Shown here: one piece after another, positions 10,507 to 20,009 of the stretch
Layout of the letters: each line of letters starts with the position of its first letter
Position numbering within the stretch: the stretch's first letter is position 1
Assembly: GCA_963727445.1 (NCBI GenBank)
Contig: CAVSGI010000013.1
Span: forward strand, 81,316 to 145,315
Source: an uncultured delta proteobacterium
Lineage (GTDB): Bacteria; Myxococcota_A; Polyangia; Polyangiales; B10-G4
DNA length: 64,000 nt
Direction of reading: 5' to 3'
Made by a program: the position numbers and the translations under genes
The notes under the pieces: generated by a model
What the model was told of the DNA's origin: nothing
The model's input: only the letters and a program-made list of their open reading frames with translations
Database searches by the model: none

Positions 10507-12750
10507 TTGGTGCCGACCCTCGAGCGTCGTGATCGGCCGGCGGTGGTCGCCGGCCTGCTGGCCGCGTTCGCGATGATCGCGCAGCAGGTTGCCGGCAAGG
10601 CCACACGCGACGCGCTCTTCCTCTCGAGCTTCCCGGCGAGCGATCTGCCGAAGGTCATGATCGCCGCCGCGGTGGTCAGCATCGGCGCCGTCGCGCTCAT
10701 GAGTCGCGGCCTCGCGCGCTTCGGTCCTGCGCGCGTCGTACCGGGCGCCTTCGTCGTCAGCGGTCTGATCTTCGCGGCCGAGTGGTACCTCGAGCCCCAG
10801 GCCGAAGCGGAGATCGCGTGGGTCGTCTATCTCCACATCGCGGCCTTCGGCTCGATCGTCACCAGCGGCTTCTGGTCGGTCATCAACGAACGATTCGACC
10901 CGCACACGGCGAAGAAGCACGTCGCACGCATCGCCACCGGCTCGACCCTCGGCGGCGTCGTCGGTGGCGTCGGCGCGGAGCGCATCGCGGTCTTTCTCGA
11001 CGTGCGATCGAGCCTGCTGATCCTCGCGGTTCTCAACGTGTTGGCGGCGGCGCTGGTGATGCGCGTCGGTGCACCGAAGAACCAGAGCCACTCGCGAAGG
11101 GACCGGCGCAACGGTCTCGAGATCCTGCGACAGACGCCCTACCTGCAGAAGCTCGGCCTGCTGGTCGCCCTCGTCGCGATCTCCGCCACGCTGGTCGACT
11201 ACGCGTTCAAGGCACAGGCCGCCGCGATCATCGACCATCGAGAGAACCTGATGCGCTTCTTCGGGCTCTTCTACACCGGCACGGCGATCATGACCTTCGT
11301 GCTCCAGTCGAGCCTCGGCAGCAAATCGCTGCAGAAGCTCGGCCTCGACGGAACGATCGCGCTGTTGCCAGGAGTCGTCGTGCTCCTCGGTGTCCTCGGT
11401 GCCGCCGTTCAACGGCTCTGGAGCGCGGCGCTCTTGCGCGGCATGGAGACGGTGATCTCGAACTCGCTCTTCCGTTCGGGCTACGAGCTCCTCTACACCC
11501 CGGTGAGCCCCGAGCAGAAGCGGCCCACCAAGACGATCATCGACGTCGCCTGCGAGCGCCTCGGCGATGCGGTGGGCGGAGGGCTGACGCTTTTGGTGAT
11601 CGCCGTCGCGGCCCCCTTCGCACCCACCATCGTGATCATCCTCGCGGTGGGCGCGTCGATCCTCGCCTTGTGGCTGACGCGCCGCCTCAATCGCGGCTAC
11701 GTGACCGCCCTGGCCGACAGCCTCAAGACGGGTGCGGTGCACCTCGAGGACGCCGACGTGGTGGACGCGACCACCAAGCGAACCCTGACCGAGACCACGA
11801 TGGCGCTCGACCGGGAGAAGCTCCTCGAGCAGATCCGCGAGCTTCGCGACAGCCAGGGCCACAGCGAGCCCCCGCCGGCGTTCGCGCGCGACTCGTCGCC
11901 GCATGCCCAGCACGGCCACCAGGCCGCCACCACCCTCGGCGCCGCCTCCGAGGACCTGCTCTCCGGCGACCCCGAACGGATCCGCGCGCACCTCGAGGGC
12001 GAGCCCGACCCACACCTGACGACGTTGCTGATCCCGCTTCTGGCGCGGCGCGATCTCCACCGGGAGATCATCGACGCCCTCCGTCGCATCGCGCCGAAGA
12101 TCGCCGGCCAGCTCACCGACGCACTCCTCGATCCCGAACAGCCTTTCGTCGTACGCCGTCGCCTGCCTCGCGTGCTGTCGGTGGTCCACGATCAGCGCGC
12201 CGCGGAGGGACTCTTTCTGGGGCTCTCGGATTCCCGCTTCGAAGTGCGCTACCAGTGCGGCCAGGCGCTCGCCAAGATCGTGCTCGAGAGCGACGTGCGC
12301 TTCAGCCGCGGGCGCATCTACGGCGCGGTCCTGCGCGAGCTCGAGGTCGGCAAGAAGGTGTGGGAGAGCCACCAGCTCCTCGACGACGACTCGAGCGTCG
12401 ACGACAGCTCGGGGTGGCTCGACGACGTGGTCCGCGCCCGCCTGCACAGAAGCGTCGAGCACGTGTTCACGCTCCTCGCGCTCGTTCTCGACCGCGAGCC
12501 ACTCGAGCTCTCGCTCAAGGCGTTGAACAGCAACGATTGCGAGCTTCGCGGAACGGCCCTCGAGTACCTCGAAAACGTGCTGCCCGCCGACATGCGCGAA
12601 AAGCTCTGGCCCTATCTCGGTCAGACCAGTCCCAGGGACCGCGGCCGCGGAACGCGCCCGCGCCAGGAGATCGTCGAAGACCTCCTTCGCTCCATGGACG
12701 CCGTGCAGATCGATCGCGAAGAGCTCGACAAGTACACCGAGCGCCGATAG
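10507..12750 (+). CDS. membrane transporter (TLC/MFS-like, Npt1/Npt2-type nucleotide transporter family candidate) fused to a C-terminal HEAT-repeat domain
   Basis: About 12 TM segments in the first 400 aa or so, then a soluble alpha-helical repeat region (HLEGEPDPHLTTLLIPLLARRD...LSDSRFEVRYQCGQALAKIV...NDCELRGTALEYLENVL) typical of HEAT repeats. Confidence 0.65.
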   Translation: MVPTLERRDRPAVVAGLLAAFAMIAQQVAGKATRDALFLSSFPASDLPKVMIAAAVVSIGAVALMSRGLARFGPARVVPGAFVVSGLIFAAEWYLEPQAEAEIAWVVYLHIAAFGSIVTSGFWSVINERFDPHTAKKHVARIATGSTLGGVVGGVGAERIAVFLDVRSSLLILAVLNVLAAALVMRVGAPKNQSHSRRDRRNGLEILRQTPYLQKLGLLVALVAISATLVDYAFKAQAAAIIDHRENLMRFFGLFYTGTAIMTFVLQSSLGSKSLQKLGLDGTIALLPGVVVLLGVLGAAVQRLWSAALLRGMETVISNSLFRSGYELLYTPVSPEQKRPTKTIIDVACERLGDAVGGGLTLLVIAVAAPFAPTIVIILAVGASILALWLTRRLNRGYVTALADSLKTGAVHLEDADVVDATTKRTLTETTMALDREKLLEQIRELRDSQGHSEPPPAFARDSSPHAQHGHQAATTLGAASEDLLSGDPERIRAHLEGEPDPHLTTLLIPLLARRDLHREIIDALRRIAPKIAGQLTDALLDPEQPFVVRRRLPRVLSVVHDQRAAEGLFLGLSDSRFEVRYQCGQALAKIVLESDVRFSRGRIYGAVLRELEVGKKVWESHQLLDDDSSVDDSSGWLDDVVRARLHRSVEHVFTLLALVLDREPLELSLKALNSNDCELRGTALEYLENVLPADMREKLWPYLGQTSPRDRGRGTRPRQEIVEDLLRSMDAVQIDREELDKYTERR

Positions 12751-12896
12751 CGCTCCCCACGCCATCGCGAGGCGGCTCGCCGAATGGCCGGCGAGGGCGC
12801 CTGGATTGTGGGCTCGACTAGCCACCGTGTGGGGCCGTTTTCCGCATCGATTTCGAGCCGCTTCGTCGCGGCATCCACCTTGCACTGCGCGCCCTC

Positions 12897-13532
12897 ATGC
12901 GGACGCGTACCACCAAGCTCACGATGACCACCTTGATTGCGCTCGGCCTGTTGGGCTGCGCCACGAACGTCGATCCGGGCGCCGGGAGCCCATCCCCAGC
13001 CACCGGCAAGGCGGATGGCGAGGAGACCATCGCGACGCTGAGCTTCGGGGCCGATTGGAGCGTCACGCAGTCGGCGCCGCTCGTGAAGGGTCAGCTCTAC
13101 GTGATCGACTACGACGCGGAGCGCCTGCCCGCGTGTCGCGCCCAGAGCGAGACTGGCGAGGACACCTGGCACATCGCCGCGTACTACAGCCTCGACGGCC
13201 TCGAGCCCTACGACAACGAGATCGAGCTGACCCAGCAGTTCGGTGGCGGGCGCCTCTACGCGCCGACCGAGCAGGTGGTCGACACCTACCAGCTGGTGCC
13301 CTACGGGATCTTCGGAGGAGGCCACGACTTCGCGCTGTGGTTCCGCGGCTGGGACGACACCGGTTGTGAGCAGTGGGACTCCGACTGGGGCCAGAACTAC
13401 CACTTCACCATCGAGGACGAGCCCGCGCCCGATGCTGGAGAGGATGCGAGCGACGCCGGCGTGACGACCACAGACGCGAGCACGGAAGCCGACGCCGACG
13501 GAAACGACGCGGGCCTGGACGGCAGCCTCTGA
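12897..13532 (+). CDS. hypothetical secreted lipoprotein
   Basis: MTTLIALGLLGCAT lipobox, beta-rich domain, acidic low-complexity C-terminus. Confidence 0.55.
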   Translation: MRTRTTKLTMTTLIALGLLGCATNVDPGAGSPSPATGKADGEETIATLSFGADWSVTQSAPLVKGQLYVIDYDAERLPACRAQSETGEDTWHIAAYYSLDGLEPYDNEIELTQQFGGGRLYAPTEQVVDTYQLVPYGIFGGGHDFALWFRGWDDTGCEQWDSDWGQNYHFTIEDEPAPDAGEDASDAGVTTTDASTEADADGNDAGLDGSL

Positions 13533-13544
13533 CGCGCGCGTGAA

Positions 13545-14177
13545 ATGGCACGTGCGAAGGATGCAGACCCGGCGGCGACCCACGACGCCATCGTCGCGGC
13601 GGCGCTCGAGCTCCTGGCGGAGGTCGACCACCCGTCGCAGCTGTCGATGCGCCGGGTGGCCCAGCGGGCGGAGCTCAGCCTGGGCACGGTGCAGTACTAC
13701 TTCGCGAGCAAGGACGCGTTGGTCGAGGCCTGCCTGGACGGCTACCACGACCGCATGGGCGTGCTGGGACAGGCGCTCATCGCCAAAGCGATGGACCCTG
13801 GCAGCGACCGGGACGGCTTCATCGCTCACGCGGTGCGGGAGATGTACCGCTTCATCCGGAGAGAGCGCGCGGCCGTCGGGCTCCGGATGGCGGCGACAGT
13901 CGCCCAGGGAGAGCTCGCGCCCGAACGACAGGAAGAGCTCTTGGGCGCGTTCATCGCGGCCGCCGCCGCCGCCCTCGCCCCCTTCGCGAAGGTCAGCGAG
14001 TTCGACGCGCGTCTCTCCATCCAGGCGATGGCCACGATGATGGTGCGCTTCGCGCGCCTCTCCGACGGCGAGGTGGCGAGCCTCACGGGGCTCGAGCCCG
14101 CCGAAGGCCGCGCGGCCATCGAGGACTACTGCGTGCGGGCCGGCTGCCGGCTGGTCGGCGCGCCGATCGACGCGTGA
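13545..14177 (+). CDS. TetR/AcrR family transcriptional regulator
   Basis: N-terminal HTH IVAAALELLAEVDHPSQLSMRRVAQRAELSLGTVQYYFASKDALV, typical for TetR. Confidence 0.85.
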   Translation: MARAKDADPAATHDAIVAAALELLAEVDHPSQLSMRRVAQRAELSLGTVQYYFASKDALVEACLDGYHDRMGVLGQALIAKAMDPGSDRDGFIAHAVREMYRFIRRERAAVGLRMAATVAQGELAPERQEELLGAFIAAAAAALAPFAKVSEFDARLSIQAMATMMVRFARLSDGEVASLTGLEPAEGRAAIEDYCVRAGCRLVGAPIDA

Positions 14178-14316
14178 GTCGGGAGCTCGGCATCATCGGC
14201 AGCGGCGCGATTGGAATCGGTCGCCGTATGACGGATCGCGCGGCCACCTTCGACGCACCTTTCGGCGCTCTTGTCGGCTCCGATGGGCTGGAACGCTCCG
14301 TGCTGAGACGTGCGGC

Positions 14317-15352
14317 ATGCATCGCCCGCTCGCTCTTCTTCTCTTCGCCGCCCTCTCCCTTTTCGCGTGCGTCGGCGAGCCCGAGGCGCCGCCGACCCTC
14401 GCCCCGGTGGTCGAAGCGGACGACGCATTCGGCGGCAAGGCGGACGGCGCCGCCGCGCGGGTCTTGCCGACGGGTCCCGCCCCCGCGCCCTTCGCGAATC
14501 AGCTCACGCTCTTTGCGATCCCTTCGCCGCGCCCGGCGGAGCTGAGCTGGACGAGCCCGGGCAAGCTGGTCCGGCGCGTCATGTTCAACAAGCTCGGCAA
14601 CATGACCGGTCTCGGATTCAGCCGCAGTCTGGGTCACGCGGGCGTGCGGATTGAGTGCGCATCGGCAGGTCCCGATGGCGCGTTCTTCCAGGGAAGCATG
14701 ACCAACGTGGACGGCGCGCAGTTCAACCAGCTCTTGATGCACGACCGCATCGGCCTCGGCATGCTCTTCGACACTGTCGACGGACGGCTGGAGACGGCGG
14801 AGGAGCTTCAGGCGACGCTCGAGGAGCGTTACGACAACGGCCGCGTCTCGTTCCTGCGGATCGGCATCAGCGAAGAGACGTGCCACGGGCTGTTGGACTA
14901 CGTTCGCGCGTACGAAGAGGAAGGCGTTCAGAACGCCTACGGGCTCGCGGTGCGTCCGCTCCACCGCGAGGGCGCGGGATGCTCGGCCTTTTCCATGTCG
15001 TTCCTCGAGCTCGCCGGCCTGATCGAGCCTCGCTACCAAGAGGAGTGGACCTTCTCGGTTCGGGCGCCGAAGGATTCTCGTCGGCGGCTCGATGAATCCC
15101 GGCCGCCGGGTGAGCCTGTGGCGGCTCTTCCTGTTGACCCGCGGCTGGGCCGAGCCCGACGAAGAGGGCTTCGATGTCACCGGCTGGGACCCGACGCTCA
15201 TGTTCCACTCCATCCGCGACATGGCGGAGGCGCACGTCCGCGAAGGTGGCCAGATGGCCGAGGCGCGCGGACGCGCGATCGGCCTGGTGCTCGATCGGCG
15301 CGAAGCGCCGCCGAACCAGCTCTTGAGTGAAGGCGTGTTCTTCTACGAATGA
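14317..15352 (+). CDS. hypothetical lipoprotein, apparently frameshifted near 15075-15095
   Basis: Lipobox LLFAALSLFAC. The frame-1 ORF (14317-15330) decays into Arg/Pro-rich nonsense after ...TFSVRAPKDS. A protein-like continuation, ...SMNPGRRVSLWRLFLLTRGWAEPDEEGFDVTGWDPTLMFHSIRDMAE..., is in the +1 frame (ORF 15092-15352). Confidence 0.5.
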
Positions 15353-15456
15353 GTCGCACCAGCGTCCAAGGACGTTTCACCCCGTTTCAACGGACGCGTT
15401 GGCATCGGCAATTCCTCGTGGCACGCTGGTTGCCTGACGAGAGGGAGGAGAAAACG

Positions 15457-15837
15457 ATGACCCTACGAAGAGCCCTCCTCGCCCTGCTCTTGGCCCTGCC
15501 GCTCGTCGCCGCGACCGCCGCCGGCTGCAGCACGCCGTCGGGCGACACTCAGGCGCAGGCCGCGACCGACGACGGCCCCAGCGCGCGCGAACGCGTGGCT
15601 TCGGGTGAAGCGATTCTCGTCGACGTACGCACGCCCCAGGAGTTCGCTTCCGGTCACGTCCAGGGCGCCCGCAACATCCCGGTGCAGGAGCTCGCCAGTC
15701 GGATGGGCGAGCTGCCGCGCGACAAGGAGATCGTCGTCTACTGCCATTCGGGCGCGCGCGCGTCGAACGCCGCCGCGCAGCTGAGCGCTGCTGGCTACCG
15801 AGTCGAGAACATCGGCGCGATGCCACACTGGAACTGA
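15457..15837 (+). CDS. rhodanese-domain (sulfurtransferase-like) lipoprotein
   Basis: GGGAGGAG RBS before the ATG. Signal MTLRRALLALLLALPLVAATAAGC. Rhodanese fold with the active-site loop (ILVDVRTPQEFASGHVQGARNIP...EIVVYCHSGARAS). Confidence 0.75.
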   Translation: MTLRRALLALLLALPLVAATAAGCSTPSGDTQAQAATDDGPSARERVASGEAILVDVRTPQEFASGHVQGARNIPVQELASRMGELPRDKEIVVYCHSGARASNAAAQLSAAGYRVENIGAMPHWN

Positions 15838-15910
15838 CGGCATTCGTCCTTTTGGTCGCCTGCCAAAGCCGTGGTGGTGACGCGGCCGCGGCTTTGATAG
15901 CGTCCACGCC

Positions 15911-17197
15911 ATGGCTAAGCGGCGCCTCGAGCTCGAGGCCGGCAACTCGAGCAAGTCCAAGAAGGCCACCAAGAAGAAGGCCACCAAGAAGAAGGCCACC
16001 AAGAAGAAGGCCACCAAGAAGAAGGCCACCACCCCGGCTCTCACCGTCCACAGCCACTCCGTGACGGTCGGCGTCTTCCCGGATGGCAAGTCGCTGTGGC
16101 TGGTCGGCGGATACGAGCTGCCCAGGAAGCTACCGGCGGACGGGGCCGGGGACGAGGCGCTCGATGACATGTTCTACGAACGTTGGCGCTTCAAATCCCC
16201 GAAGGAGGTGAAGGCAGCGACCAAGGCCCTCGCCGCCGAGAAAGTGAAACGCGGCTCTCTCCCCGATTGGTTCGAGGGGAGCCCGTCGGCGTTCGCCGAA
16301 CACGTGGAGACGAAAGAGCAGCCCCGCATCGCGCGCTTCGCGCTCGCGAAGAAGGGCCCGGCGACGCTCGAGCGCCACGGGACCTTCGACTGGGTGTTTC
16401 TTCGCCCTCCCTCACACTGCGGCTGCGGGCGGGTGATGACGCCGACCTACGAGCTTCGCGGCGCGATCGACAAGCGCCTCGGCAACAAACCCCACGTCTA
16501 CGTCTCGTTCTGTCCGGGCGGGCTCGCCGACCGCTACTGCGAGACGTCGATCGAGGTGCTGGTTCAGCGTGGAGAGGACAAGTCTCCAACCGGCGTGCAC
16601 TACTACGAGACGCGGCGGGGGTACTGCGTCATCGCCGAGAGCGTGCACTGGGACGCCATCGGCCCCGGGCACACCTACGTCATCACCGAGCATTGGGGCG
16701 ACAAGGGTGAAACCGGCGTGCATACGTCCACCCGATTTCGCGACGAAAAGGAAGCCCGCGCCTTCCTATCGGAACGGAAGTCCAGAGCCGGCAAGTATTA
16801 CCAACCCGCGAAGCCGAACACCGTCGCCCGATGGTATCGCGCGCCCCTCGAGCGCATGCGGGCGTTCCACCGGGTCAAGGCCGAGAAGCACGGCGTCTTC
16901 CCCCTCGCCCCGGCCATCGCCCCGATGCACGCCAGCGGCACTTGCTACTCCATGGCCAACGCCGTGTTCGACAAGAGCGACGGCATCGGCGGTCAGCCCA
17001 ACTACACGCAGAGCGACGCCTTCGACTCCTTCCCCTGCCCCTCGTGCGGTGCCGACACGCTGTTCCTCTTCCAGGTCGGCGCCGGCGCCCCCTGGTGGAG
17101 CGACATCCTCAACGATGGAGACGCGGGGTCGTTCCAGTTCCTCGCGTGCACGAAGTGCAAAGGGCCGTTCGGGCGCGCCGTCTTCGAGTGTCACTGA
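15911..17197 (+). CDS. multidomain hypothetical protein: Lys-rich KKAT repeats, WGR-like domain, C-terminal DUF1963(YwqG)-like segment
   Basis: N-terminal (KKKAT)x5 tail. Central YVITEHWGDKGETGVHTSTRFRDEKEARAFLSERKSRAGKYY resembles a WGR domain. C-terminus CPSCGADTLFLFQVGAGAPWWSDILNDGDAGSFQFLACTKCKG resembles the DUF1963 motif (LLLQLDSD...WGDGG.LYFF). Domain calls are from memory of family signatures only. Confidence 0.65.
   Translation: MAKRRLELEAGNSSKSKKATKKKATKKKATKKKATKKKATTPALTVHSHSVTVGVFPDGKSLWLVGGYELPRKLPADGAGDEALDDMFYERWRFKSPKEVKAATKALAAEKVKRGSLPDWFEGSPSAFAEHVETKEQPRIARFALAKKGPATLERHGTFDWVFLRPPSHCGCGRVMTPTYELRGAIDKRLGNKPHVYVSFCPGGLADRYCETSIEVLVQRGEDKSPTGVHYYETRRGYCVIAESVHWDAIGPGHTYVITEHWGDKGETGVHTSTRFRDEKEARAFLSERKSRAGKYYQPAKPNTVARWYRAPLERMRAFHRVKAEKHGVFPLAPAIAPMHASGTCYSMANAVFDKSDGIGGQPNYTQSDAFDSFPCPSCGADTLFLFQVGAGAPWWSDILNDGDAGSFQFLACTKCKGPFGRAVFECH
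15959..16030 (+). repeat. perfect 15-bp tandem repeat (aagaaggccaccaag) x about 4.8
   Basis: Directly visible in the sequence. Encodes KKATK repeats in-frame and produces artefactual GGLLLGGLLL / VAFFLVAFFL ORFs on the opposite strand. Confidence 0.9.
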
Positions 17198-17213
17198 CCG
17201 CATCCGGTCGCGC

Positions 17214-18845
17214 TCACCCGCGCGCCTCGCCGGGGCGCGAACCTTCGTTCTGCGCACCCTCTGGCTCCGACGACGCGCCCTCGGCGTCTTCGTCTTCGCC
17301 GGCTTCGAGACGCAAGAGCTCGGCGTCGACGTCGGCCTGCATCTGTTCGTGGGCCCGCCGACCGATCACACCCTGCTGGTAGGCCTCGGTGACGGATCGC
17401 TTCTCCACCATCAGCAGCTGCCGTCGAGCGCGGTTTCGTTCGTCTTCGCGGATCGCCGCCTGGTCCACGTCGAGCTCGCTCATTTCACTCTCCGCCTGCT
17501 CGATCGCTTGCTCGTAGTGCTCGCGAAGCTCCTCGATCACCTCGGCGCTCACCCACCTCCGGGCCTTCATGCGGCTGAGCTCTTCGAGAGCCGCCGCCGC
17601 GGCGCGTGCCCTTCCCTGCTTGGTCTCCCACGCGGTGCGCTCCTCCTCTTCACGCATGATGCCGAGCCATCGAAGCACCGGGGACATGCTCAGGCCCTGG
17701 AGCAGGATGGAGAGGATCACGACGCCGAAGGTCATCGAGACGAGCAGCTCGCGGTACTCGAAGGTGCGCGGCAGGCTCAGCGCCAACACCATGGGGAGCG
17801 CACCGCGCAGGCCTCCCCAGGTGAGCACGACGCTCCAACTGAACGGGAAGCGCTCACGCGTCCAGCGCATCGCACTCCAGCCCGCCAGGATCACGAGGCC
17901 GCGTCCGAGCGTCACCACCACGTACGCGACCACGATCGGCAGCCACGAAGAGAGCAACGACTCGAGCCGCACTTCGAGCCCGATGAGCAGGAACACGATC
18001 GAGTTGAGCGCGAAGGCGACGTACTCCCAGAACGTCTCGCTCGCGACGCGGGACGCGGCGCTCATGCCGGTGCGCGCGCCGTAGCTCCCGCAGACGAGGC
18101 CGGCCGCCGCGGTGGCGATCACGCCCGAGTAGTGCAGCTGTTCGGCCGCGACGAAGGAGCCATATGCAGCGATCGTCGTCAGGGTGATCTCGATCATGGG
18201 GTCGTCGACGTGCCGGATGAGAATCGATGCCCCGAAGCCCACCGCGACGCCGATCACCACTCCCATCCCGACGATCTCGATGAACTGCAGCGCGAGCCCC
18301 CCCGCAGTGACGGTGGCGCCAGCCAACAGTGAAAGGCTCAACGTGAAGAGCACGATGCTCGTCCCGTCGTTCAGCAGGCTCTCACCCTCGAGCGAGACGG
18401 CGAGCCGGTTCGGAACGCCGAGCGTCCGAAATATGGCGATCACGGCGATGGGATCGGTCGCGGAGATCAGCGCTCCGAACACCAGCGCGTGACGCCATCC
18501 GAACCCGTGCGCGATCTCGAGCGCGCTCGCCACCGGCGGCATGGCCATGGAGATGAGAGCCATCGAGGCCACCACGCCCGGCACGGCGAGGGATGTGATC
18601 GTCATCCGGTTTCGGGTGAGCGACTCGATCTCGATGTGAAATGCCGCCTCGAACACCAGCCCGGGCAGGAAGATCGAGAAGAGCAGCGACTTGGTGAGCT
18701 CGGGCGAGGGCAGGACGTGGCCCCATCCGAGCAGAAGTCCCGCGAGGACAAGCGCCACCGTGTAAGGCACGCGCAATCTCCTCACACCGATCGCGACCGC
18801 CATCGCGATCACGAACAGGATGATGAAGATCGTCTCGCGGTTCAC
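17214..18845 (-). CDS. nhaP: Na+/H+ antiporter, CPA1 (NhaP) family, with cytoplasmic C-terminal coiled-coil tail
   Basis: 12-13 TM helices and the CPA1 hallmark around ISATDPIAVIAIF and LEGESLLNDGTSIVLF. Confidence 0.85.
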   Translation of the reverse strand: MNRETIFIILFVIAMAVAIGVRRLRVPYTVALVLAGLLLGWGHVLPSPELTKSLLFSIFLPGLVFEAAFHIEIESLTRNRMTITSLAVPGVVASMALISMAMPPVASALEIAHGFGWRHALVFGALISATDPIAVIAIFRTLGVPNRLAVSLEGESLLNDGTSIVLFTLSLSLLAGATVTAGGLALQFIEIVGMGVVIGVAVGFGASILIRHVDDPMIEITLTTIAAYGSFVAAEQLHYSGVIATAAAGLVCGSYGARTGMSAASRVASETFWEYVAFALNSIVFLLIGLEVRLESLLSSWLPIVVAYVVVTLGRGLVILAGWSAMRWTRERFPFSWSVVLTWGGLRGALPMVLALSLPRTFEYRELLVSMTFGVVILSILLQGLSMSPVLRWLGIMREEEERTAWETKQGRARAAAAALEELSRMKARRWVSAEVIEELREHYEQAIEQAESEMSELDVDQAAIREDERNRARRQLLMVEKRSVTEAYQQGVIGRRAHEQMQADVDAELLRLEAGEDEDAEGASSEPEGAQNEGSRPGEARG

Positions 18846-18855
18846 ACCCGAACCG

Positions 18856-19992
18856 TCAGCGCGCCTCGATATGCCGCCCGGCCAGGGCGTCCCGGCGCTT
18901 CTCGATGGTGCTCAAGAGCTCGTCGAAGGAATTGGCGAACTTCTCGACCCCTTCGTCGAGGAGCTTCTGCTCGACCTCGTCGAGAGAGATGCCGAGCGCC
19001 GCGAGCTCGTCGAGCACCGCTTCCGCTTCGTCCGTGCGCTCTTCGAGCGTCGGCCGGACGCGACCGTGATCGCAGAACGCGTCGAGCGTCTTGGGGGGCA
19101 GCGTGTCCACCGTATCCGGCCCGATGAGCGCCTCGACGTAGCGCACGTCCGAAAAGCTCGGATCCTTGGTGCTGGTGCTCGCGAAGAGGATCCGCTGCGG
19201 GCGGGCGCCCGCCTTCGCCAGCTGCGCGTAGCGCTCGCCGGCGCAGCTTCGTCGAAAGTCGCGGTAGATGCGCTTGGCGTTGGCCATCCCGACCTGGCCC
19301 TTCAGGGCCAGGATCTCCTCGCGACGTTCGGGTCGAGCCTCGGCTCGTTCTTCCAACATCGGATCGACCATCACGTCGAATCGGCTGACGAAGATGCTGG
19401 CCACGCTCGCGATCTTCCGCAGGTCGCCGCCGCTGCGGTGGAACGCCTCGATGCCGCCGAGGTAGGCGTCGACGACGCGGGCGTAGGCGCTCGCGCTGAA
19501 CATGAGGGTGACGTTGACGTTGATGCCCTCGGAGAGGAGCCGGCGGATCGCGGGGATGCCCTGGTCGGTGGCAGGCACCTTGATCATGGCGTTGGGGCGG
19601 TCGATGAGGCGAAAGAGACGCCGCGCCTCTTCGACGGTCTTCGTCGTGTCGTGAGCCAGGCGCGGCGAGACCTCGAGGCAGACGAAACCGTCTGCGCCCT
19701 CCGTCTCGTCGTACACCGGGCGGAGCACGTCGGCCGCGCCCTGGATGTCCTCGACGGCCAGGTTCTCGTAGATCGTCAGCGCCTTCTGGACGTTCTTCCG
19801 CACGAGCGCGCGGATCGCGTCTTCGTAGTCGTCGGACTCGGAAAACGCCGCTTCGAAGATGGACGGGTTGGACGTCACGCCACGGAGGCCTTCGTCACGG
19901 AGCTCTTCGAGGCGGCCGCTCGTGAGCAACTGCCGCCGCATGTAGTCGAGCCAGATCGATTGTCCGTATTTCAGCGTATCGGCTGGGCGCAT
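18856..19992 (-). CDS. tal: transaldolase
   Basis: MRPADTLKYGQSIWLDY...GVTSNPSIFE...MIKVPATDQGIPAIRRLLSEGINVNVTLMFS... The internal ATG at 19992 has a GAGGAG RBS; the ORF-track upstream extension is Arg-rich nonsense. Confidence 0.9.
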   Translation of the reverse strand: MRPADTLKYGQSIWLDYMRRQLLTSGRLEELRDEGLRGVTSNPSIFEAAFSESDDYEDAIRALVRKNVQKALTIYENLAVEDIQGAADVLRPVYDETEGADGFVCLEVSPRLAHDTTKTVEEARRLFRLIDRPNAMIKVPATDQGIPAIRRLLSEGINVNVTLMFSASAYARVVDAYLGGIEAFHRSGGDLRKIASVASIFVSRFDVMVDPMLEERAEARPERREEILALKGQVGMANAKRIYRDFRRSCAGERYAQLAKAGARPQRILFASTSTKDPSFSDVRYVEALIGPDTVDTLPPKTLDAFCDHGRVRPTLEERTDEAEAVLDELAALGISLDEVEQKLLDEGVEKFANSFDELLSTIEKRRDALAGRHIEAR

Positions 19993-20009
19993 GGCGCTCT
20001 CCTCTCGGT

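Noticed and set aside
10495-12885. 796-aa minus-strand ORF
   Set aside because: Antisense to the well-supported transporter/HEAT gene; Arg/Glu/Asp-rich with no domain signatures.
15377-16170. Minus-strand ORFs encoding GGLLLGGLLL and VAFFLVAFFL repeats
   Set aside because: Direct consequence of translating the 15-bp tandem repeat on the opposite strand; not independent genes.
16569-18332. 587-aa plus-strand ORF overlapping nhaP
   Set aside because: Antisense to a canonical 12-TM CPA1 antiporter; Arg/Pro/Ser-rich.
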